DNA of 64,000 nt, from contig JASANG010001107.1 of NCBI GenBank assembly GCA_030248215.1, positions 496,001 through 560,000 on the forward strand, written 5' to 3'. Source of the DNA: Enoplolaimus lenunculus (Eukaryota). How positions within the stretch are numbered: the first letter of the stretch is position 1; each line of letters opens with the position of its first letter. Below, one piece after another: positions 50,264-63,086 of the stretch. Below the pieces are notes generated by a model. The model searched no databases, was not told the DNA's origin, and saw nothing but the letters and a program-made list of their open reading frames with translations. Position numbers and translations under genes: made by a program.

Positions 50264-53200
50264 ATGATAAAGATGAAATACATCAACTGGTGGCATTGTG
50301 TCAAAAGTGTTACTGGTCACTTTACACAGATATTAAAAGAATACATTGGTTTCGAGGAACTGCCAACTGTCAACCTTAATGAAATAGCTACCCGCGACAA
50401 AATCGTAGAATTTCCGCTCAGCACCGAGTGCGAAATCCTCAGTGTATGAAACTTCACGCTGTCTTAAAAGAAGAAAACGTCATGTGTCATTTTCCAAGAA
50501 AAATTGTCCGATAATGGGCGCCGCCTGATTATTGTCTTTGGGGTGTGAGTGTAACACCATTGTTTTTGCTCTATACAAAATTGTCGGCGGAGTTATGGAA
50601 TATCGACCCCCACTAAAAGTCCTAGGAGATGTCGATATTCCATACCCAGTGCGGAGCAGACAGGAGTGGGGGCTCCCAATGGCCCCCCTCAACAGAGAGT
50701 GTCAATTGCTGTTCTACGCTGTTCCGAATATAGCAGGCAGTTCTAACTCATTAAAAATACAGAAATAGATGTTGCGGTTGAAGCTCACTGGAATTTGCTT
50801 TTTCAAAACTAAATTGGCTTCCGAATCCGAGCCTTTAAATTTGTGCCTGTTTGAAACAAATCTGAATTTATGTTGCCACACTGTTGTTTAGAACTAAATT
50901 GCGTTGAAGCGTTAGTTTTATTTGTGATTCATATCAATTGAGCGAACGTAAAGAAGTCAATTTTGAAATTTTGGGCCCCCCATTGTGAGATCCTGGATCC
51001 GCCACTGGAGGCTCCCCCCAAACTCCAGGGTTTAGGCCCACAAACTCGCGATTAAAGCAAGCGAGAAGCTAGACGCAGTTTAAGACTTCGGCGGTTTTAG
51101 TTTCAACCGGTTAGGGTGGGTGCCCCGCTAGGGGTGGGGGGTCGCTAATGGGGATATGGGGTAGGCTGCTCCGGGCCTGTTCATATCCTCGCTAAAATCT
51201 CTGTGAAAACCCAGAGAAGTGCAACTGAAATCCTAGGTGGGTCGATATTCCGTGCCTTCGCCAATATCTAACTGAGGCCCCAGAGGAGTGCAACTGATCC
51301 CTCTTGTACATACCTGCCAGCACCAATTAATGCTGCTATAATTAGATCAGTAAAATTTTAAGTTTAAAAATTCCCGATAAAACTATGAACGCGTGAATAA
51401 ATTTGAAAATTAGCACAATTTCTTTATCATGAGGCTGTTTAAGTTTAGTGAAAAGTGTAGATTGATCGTTTTCTTTATTGGAAACATTATTGTATTGTTG
51501 TAAAATGTGTCTTCGCTTCACAGACAGTACGGAAATTCACGGTTTCCTAGGCCTTTTCACTGGCGGACTGAGAATGCTTCGTGGTGTGCTGACATTGAAC
51601 AGCTGAGGTAAACGTAATAATGTCAAACAATCTTAATGGATGGAGACCAACGAGAAATTTTTAAATATGAGTAAATTATTCTATTGAAATAGGTGGCGAC
51701 TAGTTGACCCTGTTACCCCTGTTACTTCACCGTTGCTTTTATCGCTAAATATTAAAACTAAAGTTCAATTTAGGCTCGCGCAAAACATTAACGTGTAGGA
51801 GACGGTCCAAAGAGATATTTTCTCAACTGAACAAAGTGAATTATTAATCTTGCAATAAAATTTAGATATCCTATAAACCATGTGTGACGGCGACATGGCG
51901 AGGTTTAGGCTTCTATTCTTAGTGACCAATATATAGCTGTAGTAAAATACTGCTTGTAATATAAGGACGATTATAACATGGCTTCAGAACCCAGCGGGGT
52001 CTTTTGAAGCTGTCGCGAAGCACGAAGTATAAAAAATTATATTTTAAAATTCATGCAATACAATTTTGACACTGAGATCATTGCGTATACTTGACCAGTA
52101 GGGGTTTCGCATATATTTGCAAAAGTTTTCAAACTTTACTTTGAAAGTTGAACAACAAACAGGGTCACCTGGCACAGGAACGATTTCACAATTGGGGGAG
52201 ACATGAAATGACCAATAACGCTTCATAGTAAAGCAGTTTTAGTGGCCGTTTCAGGATTTCTGCTGCGCGAAATCCGTGGATGGCGGACTTATTCTTAAAC
52301 ATTTGCGTACTTTTTCTTTTCAGCAGCTAAAAAATATTTTTAGTGTAAAATAAAATCGCTTTGTAATTTGTACCTTGACGAACCAACGCGGGGTCCATAA
52401 CAAGAGATGTTAACTAGCTTAAACGTTAGGAACCTTCTGCTACAGAAGACCTGGCGAGCGAAACGAGCGTTCAGGTTGATATAGGTGGATCCAGAAATTT
52501 CTGATTGGGACGGTGCGGGCATATGTAATCAATAAAAACGTTGGCACCGCATATGTTGCTTAGATTTTGAAAGCGGATTCACAGAAATGGTGGAAATTGC
52601 AACAAACCTAAAAATACGATCGCTGCCTCGGACGGTTGACTCCAACATTGCTAGGCCGGGAGCTGAGATTTCACGGCCTTTTCGCCCATGCTAGCTTTCA
52701 AGGTTAATTTTGTCTGCCCTGTTGAAAAAAAAACTGAAACACAAGCACGCATTTTTATAGTGATGTGGACCACGTCAAACTGTACATCACGTGAGCATAA
52801 GTTGAAGAAAACCCCGCGAGCGAATTGAACGACAATTCCGGGTTTCGAATCGATGAAATAGAAAATATTCATGAAAGAAAGGATAAATTGCAATAAAAAC
52901 AGGGCCAGAAGTAAAATTTTTCAAATATTTGCTTTGCTACGAAGAAACTTCGCCAGCGAAGCGACCTAGCAGCCAGGACAAACAGTAGCTTTAGTGTCGG
53001 AGGACAATGTTGAAATGGACATACACGGTCTGCACGACCCCTGTCCGAAATTTTGCCCAAAATTCAAGACCACACCTGGGAATCGAACATCGGTCATCTT
53101 GCATTCGAATCAAGCATGCTATCACTACACTGTTGTCGATTACATTTTGATATTCCGCTATGTATGTGCACTGCAAACGGCAGCGAGCCAAATAACGGAA

Positions 53201-54253
53201 ACGGATATTGGAGTATAAGAACGCATGAATAATACTTTTACTTGCAGTACAATTACGATGCTGACAACCAATTTTCAGCAACATTGTAGTTATACTATAA
53301 GTCTAAGCCTGCGGGATGTAAGTGTTCTAGAACACTCATTCGATAGTCCAGGAATTGAATCGCGGCTTAAACGTCAAGGTCTCTAACAAAGCAGAAAACT
53401 CCTGCGAGAACGGGTTAGGGTAGCGCTATACCTTTGATCACGTCCGGTGCCGTCAATTACCGTGCGTCACGGTGCGGTAGCGTACGCGAATTACTCAAGT
53501 ACCACACCGTATTTTGGCGGAGAACGACGCACGGCGCCGGCACGGTGACGGACGGAGCTGTACTTTTGATAGACGGCGCCATGAGACAAGTATAACGCAA
53601 CCCTTAATGATCACTACAGAACAAATGAACTGACAGGCAGAAAATAGTTGAACTATATGCATTTGTAGACAAAAAACCAAATACGCACGAAACCGCTAAA
53701 CGAACTACGAATTTTCAAAAAATACCAAAAAGAAAACCAAAAATGTACAATATTTTTAACTGCATCATGAATAACAGCACATATTTCAACTTCAAGATTG
53801 CACAAATATGGATACGCAAATTGCATACGCGAATATTGTAATACGGGGAAATTACTACTTGCAAACATCGTTTAAAATATAAAATGGCCAGTCGTCCTTG
53901 AATGTGTTCAAAAGTTATTTTAAATTGTGTGATTGTGTATACGTATCATTTGCATCGAATAGTATTCATATAACAACGGCTGTATAATATAAAGAACGAT
54001 TCGGAAACTTGCAGTGTTCACAACCGTATTTAGCAGTTGCAAACACAAGTGCAATTTTGCAATTTTTGTAGTGAAAGTTGTGCACTCATGGATTATGTGC
54101 GCATTTCTCTGCGTAAAGTTGGCTCGTACCCAGACTGCATTTATCTGACAAGAAACCGAAGGAGGCACATATGTTGGTGTGAGATATGTGATGGCTAAAA
54201 AACCTTGCGAACGAAAAGCTAACTGCAAATTTAAAAATTTCTAAGGTAATGAA

Positions 54254-54416
54254 CAGGCACGTAGACAGCTCACCTTGCTATTGTGGCTAGAAATTTTTCA
54301 GGAGGGGCATTCAAGGTTATTTAATGACTTGCATGCAAGGTTGAAAATTTTCTAGGGGAGCCAGAATTTTTTCAGGGGGGCTGAGCCCTCCTGCCCCCCC
54401 CATGGCTGCTGTACCG
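54254..54416 (-). mobile_element. hAT-like MITE, family A
   Basis: CAGGCACGTAGACAGCTCACCTTGCT plus a well-conserved family body. Confidence 0.75.
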
Positions 54417-57400
54417 TGCAGGAACCTTACTACTCAGTATTTTTCCACGACATTTTCTATTGTATGTTATGCAAAATTCTCTATACCAAAAATGAAGGGT
54501 GTCGAACCCTTCTCTCCCCACCCACGGCTGCTGCGCCACTTCGCGAACCTCCCTGTCTATCTGTCCACCGCCAAGAAATTTCAACGATCGAATTTTACCG
54601 GGTAACCAGTTGTATAAGCATAGACTTCCTCAAAATCAGCTACTAAGCTTATATTTATACGTTGTCACAACTCAATATTATACACTACAAGAATCTTGTT
54701 GCATCCATGCATTACGGGTTAAACATGTGAAGGCAGAACATATGCATCAGCAATTTCACCGATCTACAGTAACAGCATGATGTTTATTAGTCGCATGTCA
54801 CGAATATCCGTTTGCATCCTGGATGGACGTAATATTTTTAGGCTATTTTAAACCATATCAATTGGTATTATTTTTTCAGGCCCAACAAGTTAAAACTTTA
54901 AAAAAGTTTACGTTTGAGAAACTTTAGGACCCTGTGAAACCTATTCCCGTTTCAAATAAATTTTTCAACCTACTATATCGCACTTTTTCCAGTAAACGTA
55001 AAAGACACTTGAATTCCAGTTGTTGTAATTTTCCAATACATGTTCATTGTTCAGCAAATCAACGACAGTTATCCAATTGTGTATAGACGAATCCATCCAA
55101 TAGCGGATTCAGAAATTATTGATTGGCGGGTTCGTGTGATTGTGAAAAACATCGCGAGCGAAGTATGCTAGAACGCATGTTGCTAGTATTCAATTTCACT
55201 ATAAAATTTTGCTTTTGATCATTGTTGAGGGCCTAGGCCTAGGTGACCCTTGGGATCTGACAACGCGGTCAGAAACACCAATTAATTTGCACGATTTATC
55301 CGTTTGAAGTCCCAGAGAACTTCGTAGCGAAAAAACTTCGTATAATTTTTCTGAATTTCGCTTTCGCAGCGGAACAACGGTTGCGCTGTACAACGAAGGC
55401 AAACGAGCAAACTAAAAATCTTCGAAATCAACAAACCAACAATTAATAGTTAATAATATAACATACGGATATCATTTGGTATGTTCGTTCAGATAATGAG
55501 TTCATTAAAAACATATTAATTAAAATGTAACGATAAATTTTGGAAACATAATTGCGGAATATACAATTAAAGGCATGAAATCTATATACTCAAATCTCTA
55601 CTGGTATTTGTTTTGTTTTGCAAATGTCATGTAGCAAGCAATTAAGTTCTCGAACGATTTCACCTCAAATCAGTTTTAGTGGCTATGTAAACTCTACGTG
55701 CCTGCCTACTTAGCCTACCCCTAAACCTGAGCCTAAGCCTCAGCTAAAAATAGAGTAAAACTGTAGCTTACTCTATTGCAGTTCCGTAGAAACGCCGTCC
55801 GCACCATTGATCTCTACCTGGTACCCAGTTTCTAAGTCTCCCTGTATCTCAGTCTGCTGACCCAATAATTGACAATTGCCAGATTAATGATCAATAAATG
55901 CCTATAGATACCACATGAATCGAGGTAAATGTATACAATCTAATGATGCCTAGTCAAGCAAAATAATTACTGTAAAAGCCTTAGTTATAATTGCTTTTAG
56001 ACGACCGCCTGTGGACAATTTCCAAAGGTTAGGGGAACTATATAACGGAATACAAAAAGGGAGTTTACTCATAATTCTTTGAAGAATTATGAAAAGTGGT
56101 AATACATGCGACCACCAACCAAAAATTTTGCTTGATTATTCTGACGATAGCAATGTTTTTCTTTGAACTCGTAGATTTCCATAATTTATATTAAGTCATT
56201 TCTGCTGGCTGGTGGTAACCAGTTAACTTTCCGACGAATTTATCGTGCAAAATTAGAATAAAATGAACCAAACAGAAAACGGCTAAGAGTTTAAAAGCGA
56301 TACATATGAAGTGCACTGCCGGAAAAGTGTTTAGGTCGGCTGTGAATCAATATTACTGCAGGGAACAACCGGATATATGTTTTCGGTTAAAATCAGTGTC
56401 CATTTTCGTGCTAGAAATATAGAAAACTACGCTGTTTTCATGGCCATAGTTAATATGTAGTTGCAAATCACGTAACGCAGAATCGTTCAGTATTGCAAAG
56501 CAGGTACGTTACAATAACTTAACTTTAAACGGAAATAAAAAAATTTGAGTGGCTCAGCTGTTTTTTCTATAATTTGTTCGAAAGTCCAATAAATATTCAC
56601 ATACATCAAGAAAAAGCAAAAACATTTTAAACGCTGACATACTGAAATATCCGTTTTCTGATTCCGTTTTCGTTATTTTACTATCCGTTAACGCACTGCA
56701 CTGTGGGCGTCCATTCAAGTAAATGTGAGAGGTGGGTAACAAGTCAACTGGTTGCTATGTTCTCACTAGCAAACGCAGAAGGGGGTGTGTGCACCCATTC
56801 GCAAAATTTTTTGCTACAAAATAATGACGTCCCTACCTTACCACTTTTCCTTTCAGAAAATTGGCACGTATATGGCATACAGTATTAAAAGTTGCGTTTC
56901 AAACTTTTATGCAGCTCGACCTCCCTCGTCAGAAATTTCTGGATCCGCCGCTGTATGTTTTCCACTATTCACAATTCTACTATAATTTTTACTGAATTGC
57001 CTGTAAGAATTATTGACCTCAGATATTTTTAGGTCCAACCAAACATTGATGGTTTGAGAATATACTGCGGAAAGCGCAATCGATCTAACAGATAATCGCC
57101 TATTTTGAAATGGTTTGTGTACATACCATGCAGATACCGTTTTGCAACATAGCAAGACATATCAAGTAATATATAAACAGATATCTGTTTCTGTTATTTC
57201 GATCAGTATTCTTTTCGTTGTTATACGGCAAGTTTCCGCCCGGATATCAATATTTTTCGGTGTCAAGTTGCCATTGTTACGTAAGATTTCGTCACGGAGG
57301 TTTTCAATCAATCGATAAAATATATATTGACAGGAAAAGAATTGGCCGATAAGTTTTCATGGGATTTATACCACGTCAGGTCGTAGTTAAAAGTTGGCTT

Positions 57401-57882
57401 AGAATTGACGACACGAAGGTACTTGTAGCTATTTGTTTAAAAAGCAAAAGTTTAAATACTTGTTCACGATGTGTTGACATTTGATATTATATACAACAAA
57501 TCAGTTTTATACAGGTCTACAACCTGGCGCACCATGCTAATATCAGATGGATCAGTTAGACAACTTTCCGTTTACAAATCAGTCATATTAAAATAAGCTA
57601 TGTATATCAAGACAATACAATAATTAAACACTTCCCGTACACTATGTATTGAAATGCGATTTTCAATTTAGAGTTGAAAATTTTTCCAGCCTTATATTAC
57701 TATTCTGGTTTATTTTAGAGCTCTGAATTTACAATTAGGCGCGTTCCGGTTTCAAGCGGTCCTGCAATGTAAAAGGCTTAAATTTCATTATTATTTTTAC
57801 TGTTATCGTAGGGCAAAAGCTTGGAATAGTTTTAAAGTCCTCCTAAGGCTGAGGTTTAATCCTAGGTGGGTCGATGCATAAG

Positions 57883-58085
57883 TGTCGTGACAAAGGCAGC
57901 TTATGGATTTTTCAGTTGTTTTTTGAGAGTTACATATATTCGTCGTAAAGGTAGTTGCTGTTAAACAAATAAATAATATTTTCATTGTTTAAAAATTTGC
58001 CATTCTTAACAATAGCACTGTATACCGTGTCGCTGCCTATTTTTGTGCCAATAGCATTCAGAACTGCATTATCGGTCAAAAACCG
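57883..58085 (+). repeat. 5' LTR (203 bp; lacks about 160 bp of internal sequence and the last 3 nt)
   Basis: Matches 60440-60459 and 60621-60800 with only a few substitutions. Confidence 0.92.
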
Positions 58086-58086
58086 G

Positions 58087-59233
58087 TCACATACATTGTC
58101 GCAACTACGACAACATTATTGGGTTGTTGAGGGTCGTAGTCGGGTTAAACAAGTCCTACATAAATACATTCAGTGTCGCCAAGTAGAGGGCGGTTCGTTT
58201 AAATACCCCCACCCGCCACCACTGCCGGACTTTAGAGTAAAGCAAAACAAGCCATTCGAAAATGTTGGTATTGACTATTTAGGGCCTTTAAACATTACAT
58301 TTCAGGGTGGCACAGGGCTATCGAAGGTATGGATTTGTTTATTTACATGTACAGTAATTCGCGCAATACATCTTGAAGTAGTACATTCTTTATCAGCTAG
58401 TGATTTTGCGATCCAAACATTTTCACAAGTCTAACCACCACTTGAATAGAATTTGGCGACAAGTTTTGAACACTAATACTGTGTTAGATTTTTCAAGCTC
58501 GCGTGGTATTCGTTGGAAATTCATTACGGAACTTTCGCCCTGGATGGCAGGGTTTTATGAACGTTTGATAGGATTAGTTAAAGTTGCTTTGAAGAAAACA
58601 TTAAACAACCAGCATGTTACGTTTCAAGAGTTACAAACAGTTTCTATCGAAATATCGTCCATCATTAACAGTCGACCCCTTGTGTATAGTGAAACTGACT
58701 TTTGCTCATTTTATAGGTGGGCCTCATGTCGATTTACACACTAATTTTATTAAAGTCGATAAAACAATTTTGGCACTGTTGGTACAGACTCATTAGTTAC
58801 ATTATGGCAGCGCACGCAACTATTATTAAATAACTTTTGGAAAATTTGGCGTGATAAATACTTGCTCAGCCTGCGCGAACGTTCATATAACTATAAGCAG
58901 CGTAATAAGTCAGCCTGCGCCCCCTCTGTGGGATCGGTAGTTATCATTAAGGATAAGTGTCAACGAAAGTATTGGCGTTTGGGTCGCATTGATTCCTTGT
59001 TGATATCTCGTGATGGTCGTTGTAGATCTGCCAGGGTCAAGTTGTCTAATAGCAAAATTTTGACGCGTCCAATAACTTTATTATTTCCTTTAGAAGTCGA
59101 TGACGAGCGGACTACAAAGACGTCAACACAACGAATGGATCCAAACTCAACTGCTGCGCAAAATACCAAACAATCTGACGTCGATAATTCGGATTCTTTA
59201 AGCGAATACTCGGTTGAATTGGTATGTTGTTGA
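58087..59233 (+). pseudogene. BEL/Pao integrase remnant (end of Zn-binding region, rve core, DUF5641-like C-terminal domain), frameshifted and deleted
   Basis: HTLSQLRQHYW, PFENVGIDYLGP, LFTCTVIRAIHLEVV, WKFITELSPWMAGFYERLIGLVK, FWKIWRDKYLLSLRER, WRLGRI, RDGRCRSARV, LTRPITLLFPLEV. The segment with the second catalytic Asp (SDN) is missing near 58410. Confidence 0.95.
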
Positions 59234-59392
59234 CCTTATCAATATTTGTTTAGTTTTAGGTATGTTCAAAGGTTTTTTATTTCAATTCGGGTCATCGCCT
59301 ATCGCCATATGCAGCGACAACTTCATTTCAAATTGGCGAATTTTGTGTCAACTCCATCGAAATGGCTTACTGGGTAATGGTCCTTTGGCATC

Positions 59393-59851
59393 ATGGCCTC
59401 GGGTCACTTTGTCGTTTACTGTGCAAAACAAAACGTTTACAAAGGGAGCCTGAATCATTTCGCCCCGTGGGTTTTCCAACGCGGCGTTCGAGTGCGTCCT
59501 GAGTGGGTTTTCCACTCAAAACGCATCTACAAAGACATCATTATATCTCAAATGCAACAGCCAGGCAGCCCAATTCGACGCGAACTTTTCAGCGTTGTCA
59601 AGAAAAATAGCAATCCAAACCGATTAAAATTCGTCATGTGCAGCTCCAAATACGACTATGTTTGGTCGGCAGGTGTTCGAGAATCAAATATCAAGTCTAC
59701 AGGCAAGGTTCCAGGCTCCAACTTGTTTGGTAGGCTTCTGACGTCTGTCAACAAAATGTTCTGGAAAGGGAAAATGGTTCCCAAGGTAGGTTTACAAAAA
59801 CTACTATCTAACTCCTATAACCTAAAATCTCATCATCAGAAACAGTTTTAG
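59393..59851 (+). CDS. 152-aa ORF of unknown function inside the retrotransposon (possible N-terminal part of the accessory protein)
   Basis: Long open frame between integrase and the SGNH region, in the same frame as the integrase C-terminus; no recognised motif. Confidence 0.4.
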   Translation: MASGHFVVYCAKQNVYKGSLNHFAPWVFQRGVRVRPEWVFHSKRIYKDIIISQMQQPGSPIRRELFSVVKKNSNPNRLKFVMCSSKYDYVWSAGVRESNIKSTGKVPGSNLFGRLLTSVNKMFWKGKMVPKVGLQKLLSNSYNLKSHHQKQF

Positions 59852-60404
59852 TTATTGCTGACAGTATGTGTCGAAGAATAGAGTCAATTCAAGGTGGAGA
59901 CATAGTTTCTATTTCGGGCGGCATTTTTCGACATATCATGGAATATATTAATAATAATAACAATATTTGTTTGGGTGAATATAAATTTGTCATTTTTCAT
60001 TGCGGGGTCAACGATTGTCAAAAATCGGACAAATTGCAGATTTCATCATGGCTAAGTATTAAACGTTTAATATTCGCAGCGCGACGCACCTATAAGTATA
60101 CAAACTTTTTGGTCAGCGGCCCGATTCCACATCCTCGGTTCCAGGCGTATTTGCGTACTCTAAACTAATCGAGAAAGAATTGCGTCAAAGTCATATTAAG
60201 TTTGTTAATTGGGCAACTAGCTGCAACATTTTTGTAACAGATGGGATTCATGGACGACTGTATGACGACGACAAATTTCATTTGAATCATGCCGGCACTC
60301 TGGAACTTTGGAGGGGTTGGTGTGACAAATTTTGGGTATTGAAACAGTTAACTTTGGGGTTATCTACTGAGAGGCTATCTATTAAACCAGGTAGTTGTAA
60401 ATAG
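59821..60404 (+). pseudogene. SGNH/GDSL hydrolase (esterase)-like domain with one frameshift near 60140
   Basis: Block I VLVIADSMCR (59845-59874), block II SISGG, block III VIFHCGVND, then LVSGPIP and block V YDDDKFHLNHAG, in the canonical order and spacing. Confidence 0.82.
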
Positions 60405-60439
60405 ATAATTTGGGTTGTCAGCAACTTTGTTGTCGGGAG

Positions 60440-60803
60440 TGTCGTGACAAATGCAGCTTCATACTATACAACTGGAACTTTGTTCAATTTTTTGTGTTTT
60501 TGAAATAACTACATTGATGGTGTTACTGTCTTTGACAATTACTGCTTGGCGCTTCTGTCACTTTATTTTTTGGCCAGTAACAATTCCTTTTAACGAATGA
60601 ATTTGACACCAGTATGAATTGATTTTTCAGTTGTTTTTTGAGAGTTACATATATTCGTCGTAAAGGTAGTTGCTGTTAAACAAATAAATAATATTTTCAT
60701 TGTTTTAAAATTTGCCATTTTTAACAATAGCACTGTATACCGTGTCGCTGCCTATTTTTGTACCAATAGCATTCAGAACTGCATTATCGGTCAAAAACCG
60801 AAA
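60440..60803 (+). repeat. 3' LTR (364 bp)
   Basis: TGTCG...CCGAAA (decayed CGACA end), followed by TSD ATAAG; contains AATAAA near 60683. Confidence 0.93.
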
Positions 60804-61729
60804 ATAAGCTAATGTTGCGTTCTAAAAGTAGCATTGGTCGAATGGGAATAATAGTTGAAACAAATTGCATTTTTTCAGTTAACTTTCTCAAATTTAACTG
60901 TAATGCTCACGCATTACTTTTCTTACATTTTCTTGAAATCACATTGACTTACGCACTGAACACAAGAATGTTGGTTAATGTATATTTTAAACTCGGAGTG
61001 ATTTATCTTTAAAAATGTTACTTTTAAGTTCAATATTCGCGATTAGTTTAAAGTGTACTCTATCACCAGCGGATTCGTGGGGGTACCAAGGCTATATCGC
61101 CGCAAGAAATAACAGCCAAAATTTTGTAATATGATTTAGTTCAAAAATTGCGTTTAGCTTCTCGCTCGAGAGCTGTTTCACTGACATACATCGCGTACTC
61201 CGTCAGAAATGTCTAAATTCTTTTTCGTACTCTACTTTGAAAAGTACACTACAGTCCTTCGTTCTGCGGTAAAAAATACAAAATGCAACGTAGATTTTCT
61301 CATATTCGCACAGTATGTTTTAATAGATTCCGACTGATTTTTTGCAATATTCACGTATTAAAAATGAAAGAATGAGAAAACTCTGTGGACGTTTACTTTT
61401 TGTTTGATTATATAGTTTGTATTTTAGCGATTTTAGGGCAGTATTAGTCAACTGCAAGCTTTCGAACAGCAGAAAACATTGTCACTCGTTAAGCGCATGT
61501 CAAGTCGTTCCTGTGGCCATGGTGTAACCGGATATCTGTTTCCGGCAAACATCGGTGTCCGTTTCCGCTTTCATTTCCGATATAGAAATACTGGAATTTC
61601 TGACATTTTTATGCTCAAAATTATTTATAAATCACGTTATAACTTTTTGAAAACATTGTGTTTACATTATTCCTTTTTTTAAGATTAGCGCATCTCATAC
61701 CGAAATACAAACGTTTTCTCTAACCGGGT

Positions 61730-62056
61730 ATGGTTAAGATTGAAACTATTGCCAGTATTCCACATCAACCGCTTCCGAGCGTGAACTCCAATGACGTCAT
61801 CGTATCCCCGCATCCAGATGACCCTAGTTTCGAAATAGACGACCCTGTACCATCTAGTAGTGACCCAGAATTCACTGAAAATGATGCAAATACTAATCCA
61901 AATCCCACGAAGAATGCTCCTTCAGCAGCTGTTCGCCATTCTGATCAAGTAACAAATATACCAAAATCAAACTTAAGCGAAAGAAAACTTTGCCTGTTTA
62001 AACCGCAGCCTAATCTTGCTTTGGACGTATTATCAGTCAGTCGGGTTGTTTGTTTG
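61730..62056 (+). CDS. MARVEL protein 2, exon 1 (109 aa, acidic Pro-rich N-tail ending LSVSRVVCL)
   Basis: ATG at 61730, donor gtaagt at 62057, phase 0; ends at the same R..C.| position as exon 1 of paralogue 1. Confidence 0.8.
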
Positions 62057-62523
62057 GTAAGTTGAATTAAAGAAGAGCAGCATGATTTGCTAAAAGTATA
62101 TTATGCTGTTGTTTGGATCTCGTTTCTAGTTGAGCGATAAATATCGACATATTTGGTGTTCCAGCAATACTCCAAATCATCTGACCAATGTATAAAACAG
62201 GCCATAACAGTAATAGAAGCATATTCCTAAGCCTAACCCTAAACCTAAGCCTAAGCCTAAGCATAGCAATAAGTTTATACCTAGGCCTAAGCCAAAGCCT
62301 GTTCAAAAACAGATAGACTTAAATTTACTAGTAAAAGTGAAATGTGTATCAGTTTCCTCCTCATAAATTATCACATTTCGAAATTTACAATACAGGTTGA
62401 CAACGCTGGGACCAAGACCGTTTACTTTACGACCCAGGGAGATTCATGGACGGAGTAAGATTTAATATATGCATCAAGTTGAAATTAATGGCATTCGTCA
62501 AATAGTACAAGTATTTTTTCCAG

Positions 62524-62694
62524 GTTAATTTGATCATTGCGGCATTGTGCACAGGAGTAGCACCGAATTCATACGGCGCGGAAGCTTTTGTATTATTAAT
62601 TGCAATATTTGGAATTGTGTCGCTAGTTTTGTTTGAAATATGGTACATTGCTGGCTCACCTGCTATATGGAACGGTTTGCCGTGTCATCTTGCG
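62524..62694 (+). CDS. MARVEL protein 2, exon 2: VNLIIAALCTGVAPNSYGAEAFVLLIAIFGIVSLVLFEIWYIAGSPAIWNGLPCHLA
   Basis: Acceptor ttttttccag, donor gtaagt; 171 nt, the same length and phase as exon 2 of paralogue 1; two TM helices. Confidence 0.88.
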
Positions 62695-63086
62695 GTAAGT
62701 GTAAATCTTGAATACCTTCAGAAGTTTGCCATTTTTTGCATGTGAGACAAATTTGTGGTTGTTGATCCCGGTGTAATTTCGAAAAATTGGGCTAAAATAG
62801 ACTGTTAGTTTCACAGATATCGGTTGTGAACTGCGCTTAAATTATAACTTCCTGGTGGCTGAGATGAATTCTAGCAAAAATTTAAATATATTTTATGTAT
62901 TTTGAATTTTATACCTTAGGATTTAACGTAGCTTACGCACTGCGGGATCGCTAAATTTTGGCGTGATTTTATTCGTTTAAAAATAAAACTGGCAGGTCAC
63001 AATCGCTTTTAAATGCTGTATATTTTGACTTTTACTGACCAAATAAGGTGAACTAAAATTGGATTGAATTAATTTTCATTTGACAG

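Larger units (their letters stand above)
57883..60803 (+). mobile_element. Internally deleted BEL/Pao LTR retrotransposon (2921 bp), non-autonomous
   Basis: Two direct LTRs starting TGTCG; 5-bp TSD ATAAG (57878-57882, 60804-60808); PPT-like GGGAG just before the 3' LTR; BEL/Pao-type integrase; no gag/PR/RT/RNase H. Confidence 0.95.

Noticed and set aside
50275..50449. TGHFTQI, resembling a CAP/SCP domain motif
   Set aside because: The following Trp and other CAP motifs are missing, no convincing splice sites were found, and the ORF begins in a MITE.
57985..58086. Signal-peptide-like N-terminus of ORF 57985-58434
   Set aside because: It is LTR sequence fused by deletion to integrase and starts at TTG; not a real leader.
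6067..61180. CTGTTTCA (21U-piRNA upstream core) occurrences
   Set aside because: Only about six scattered hits were noticed by eye, with no clustering; this is compatible with chance in AT-rich DNA.
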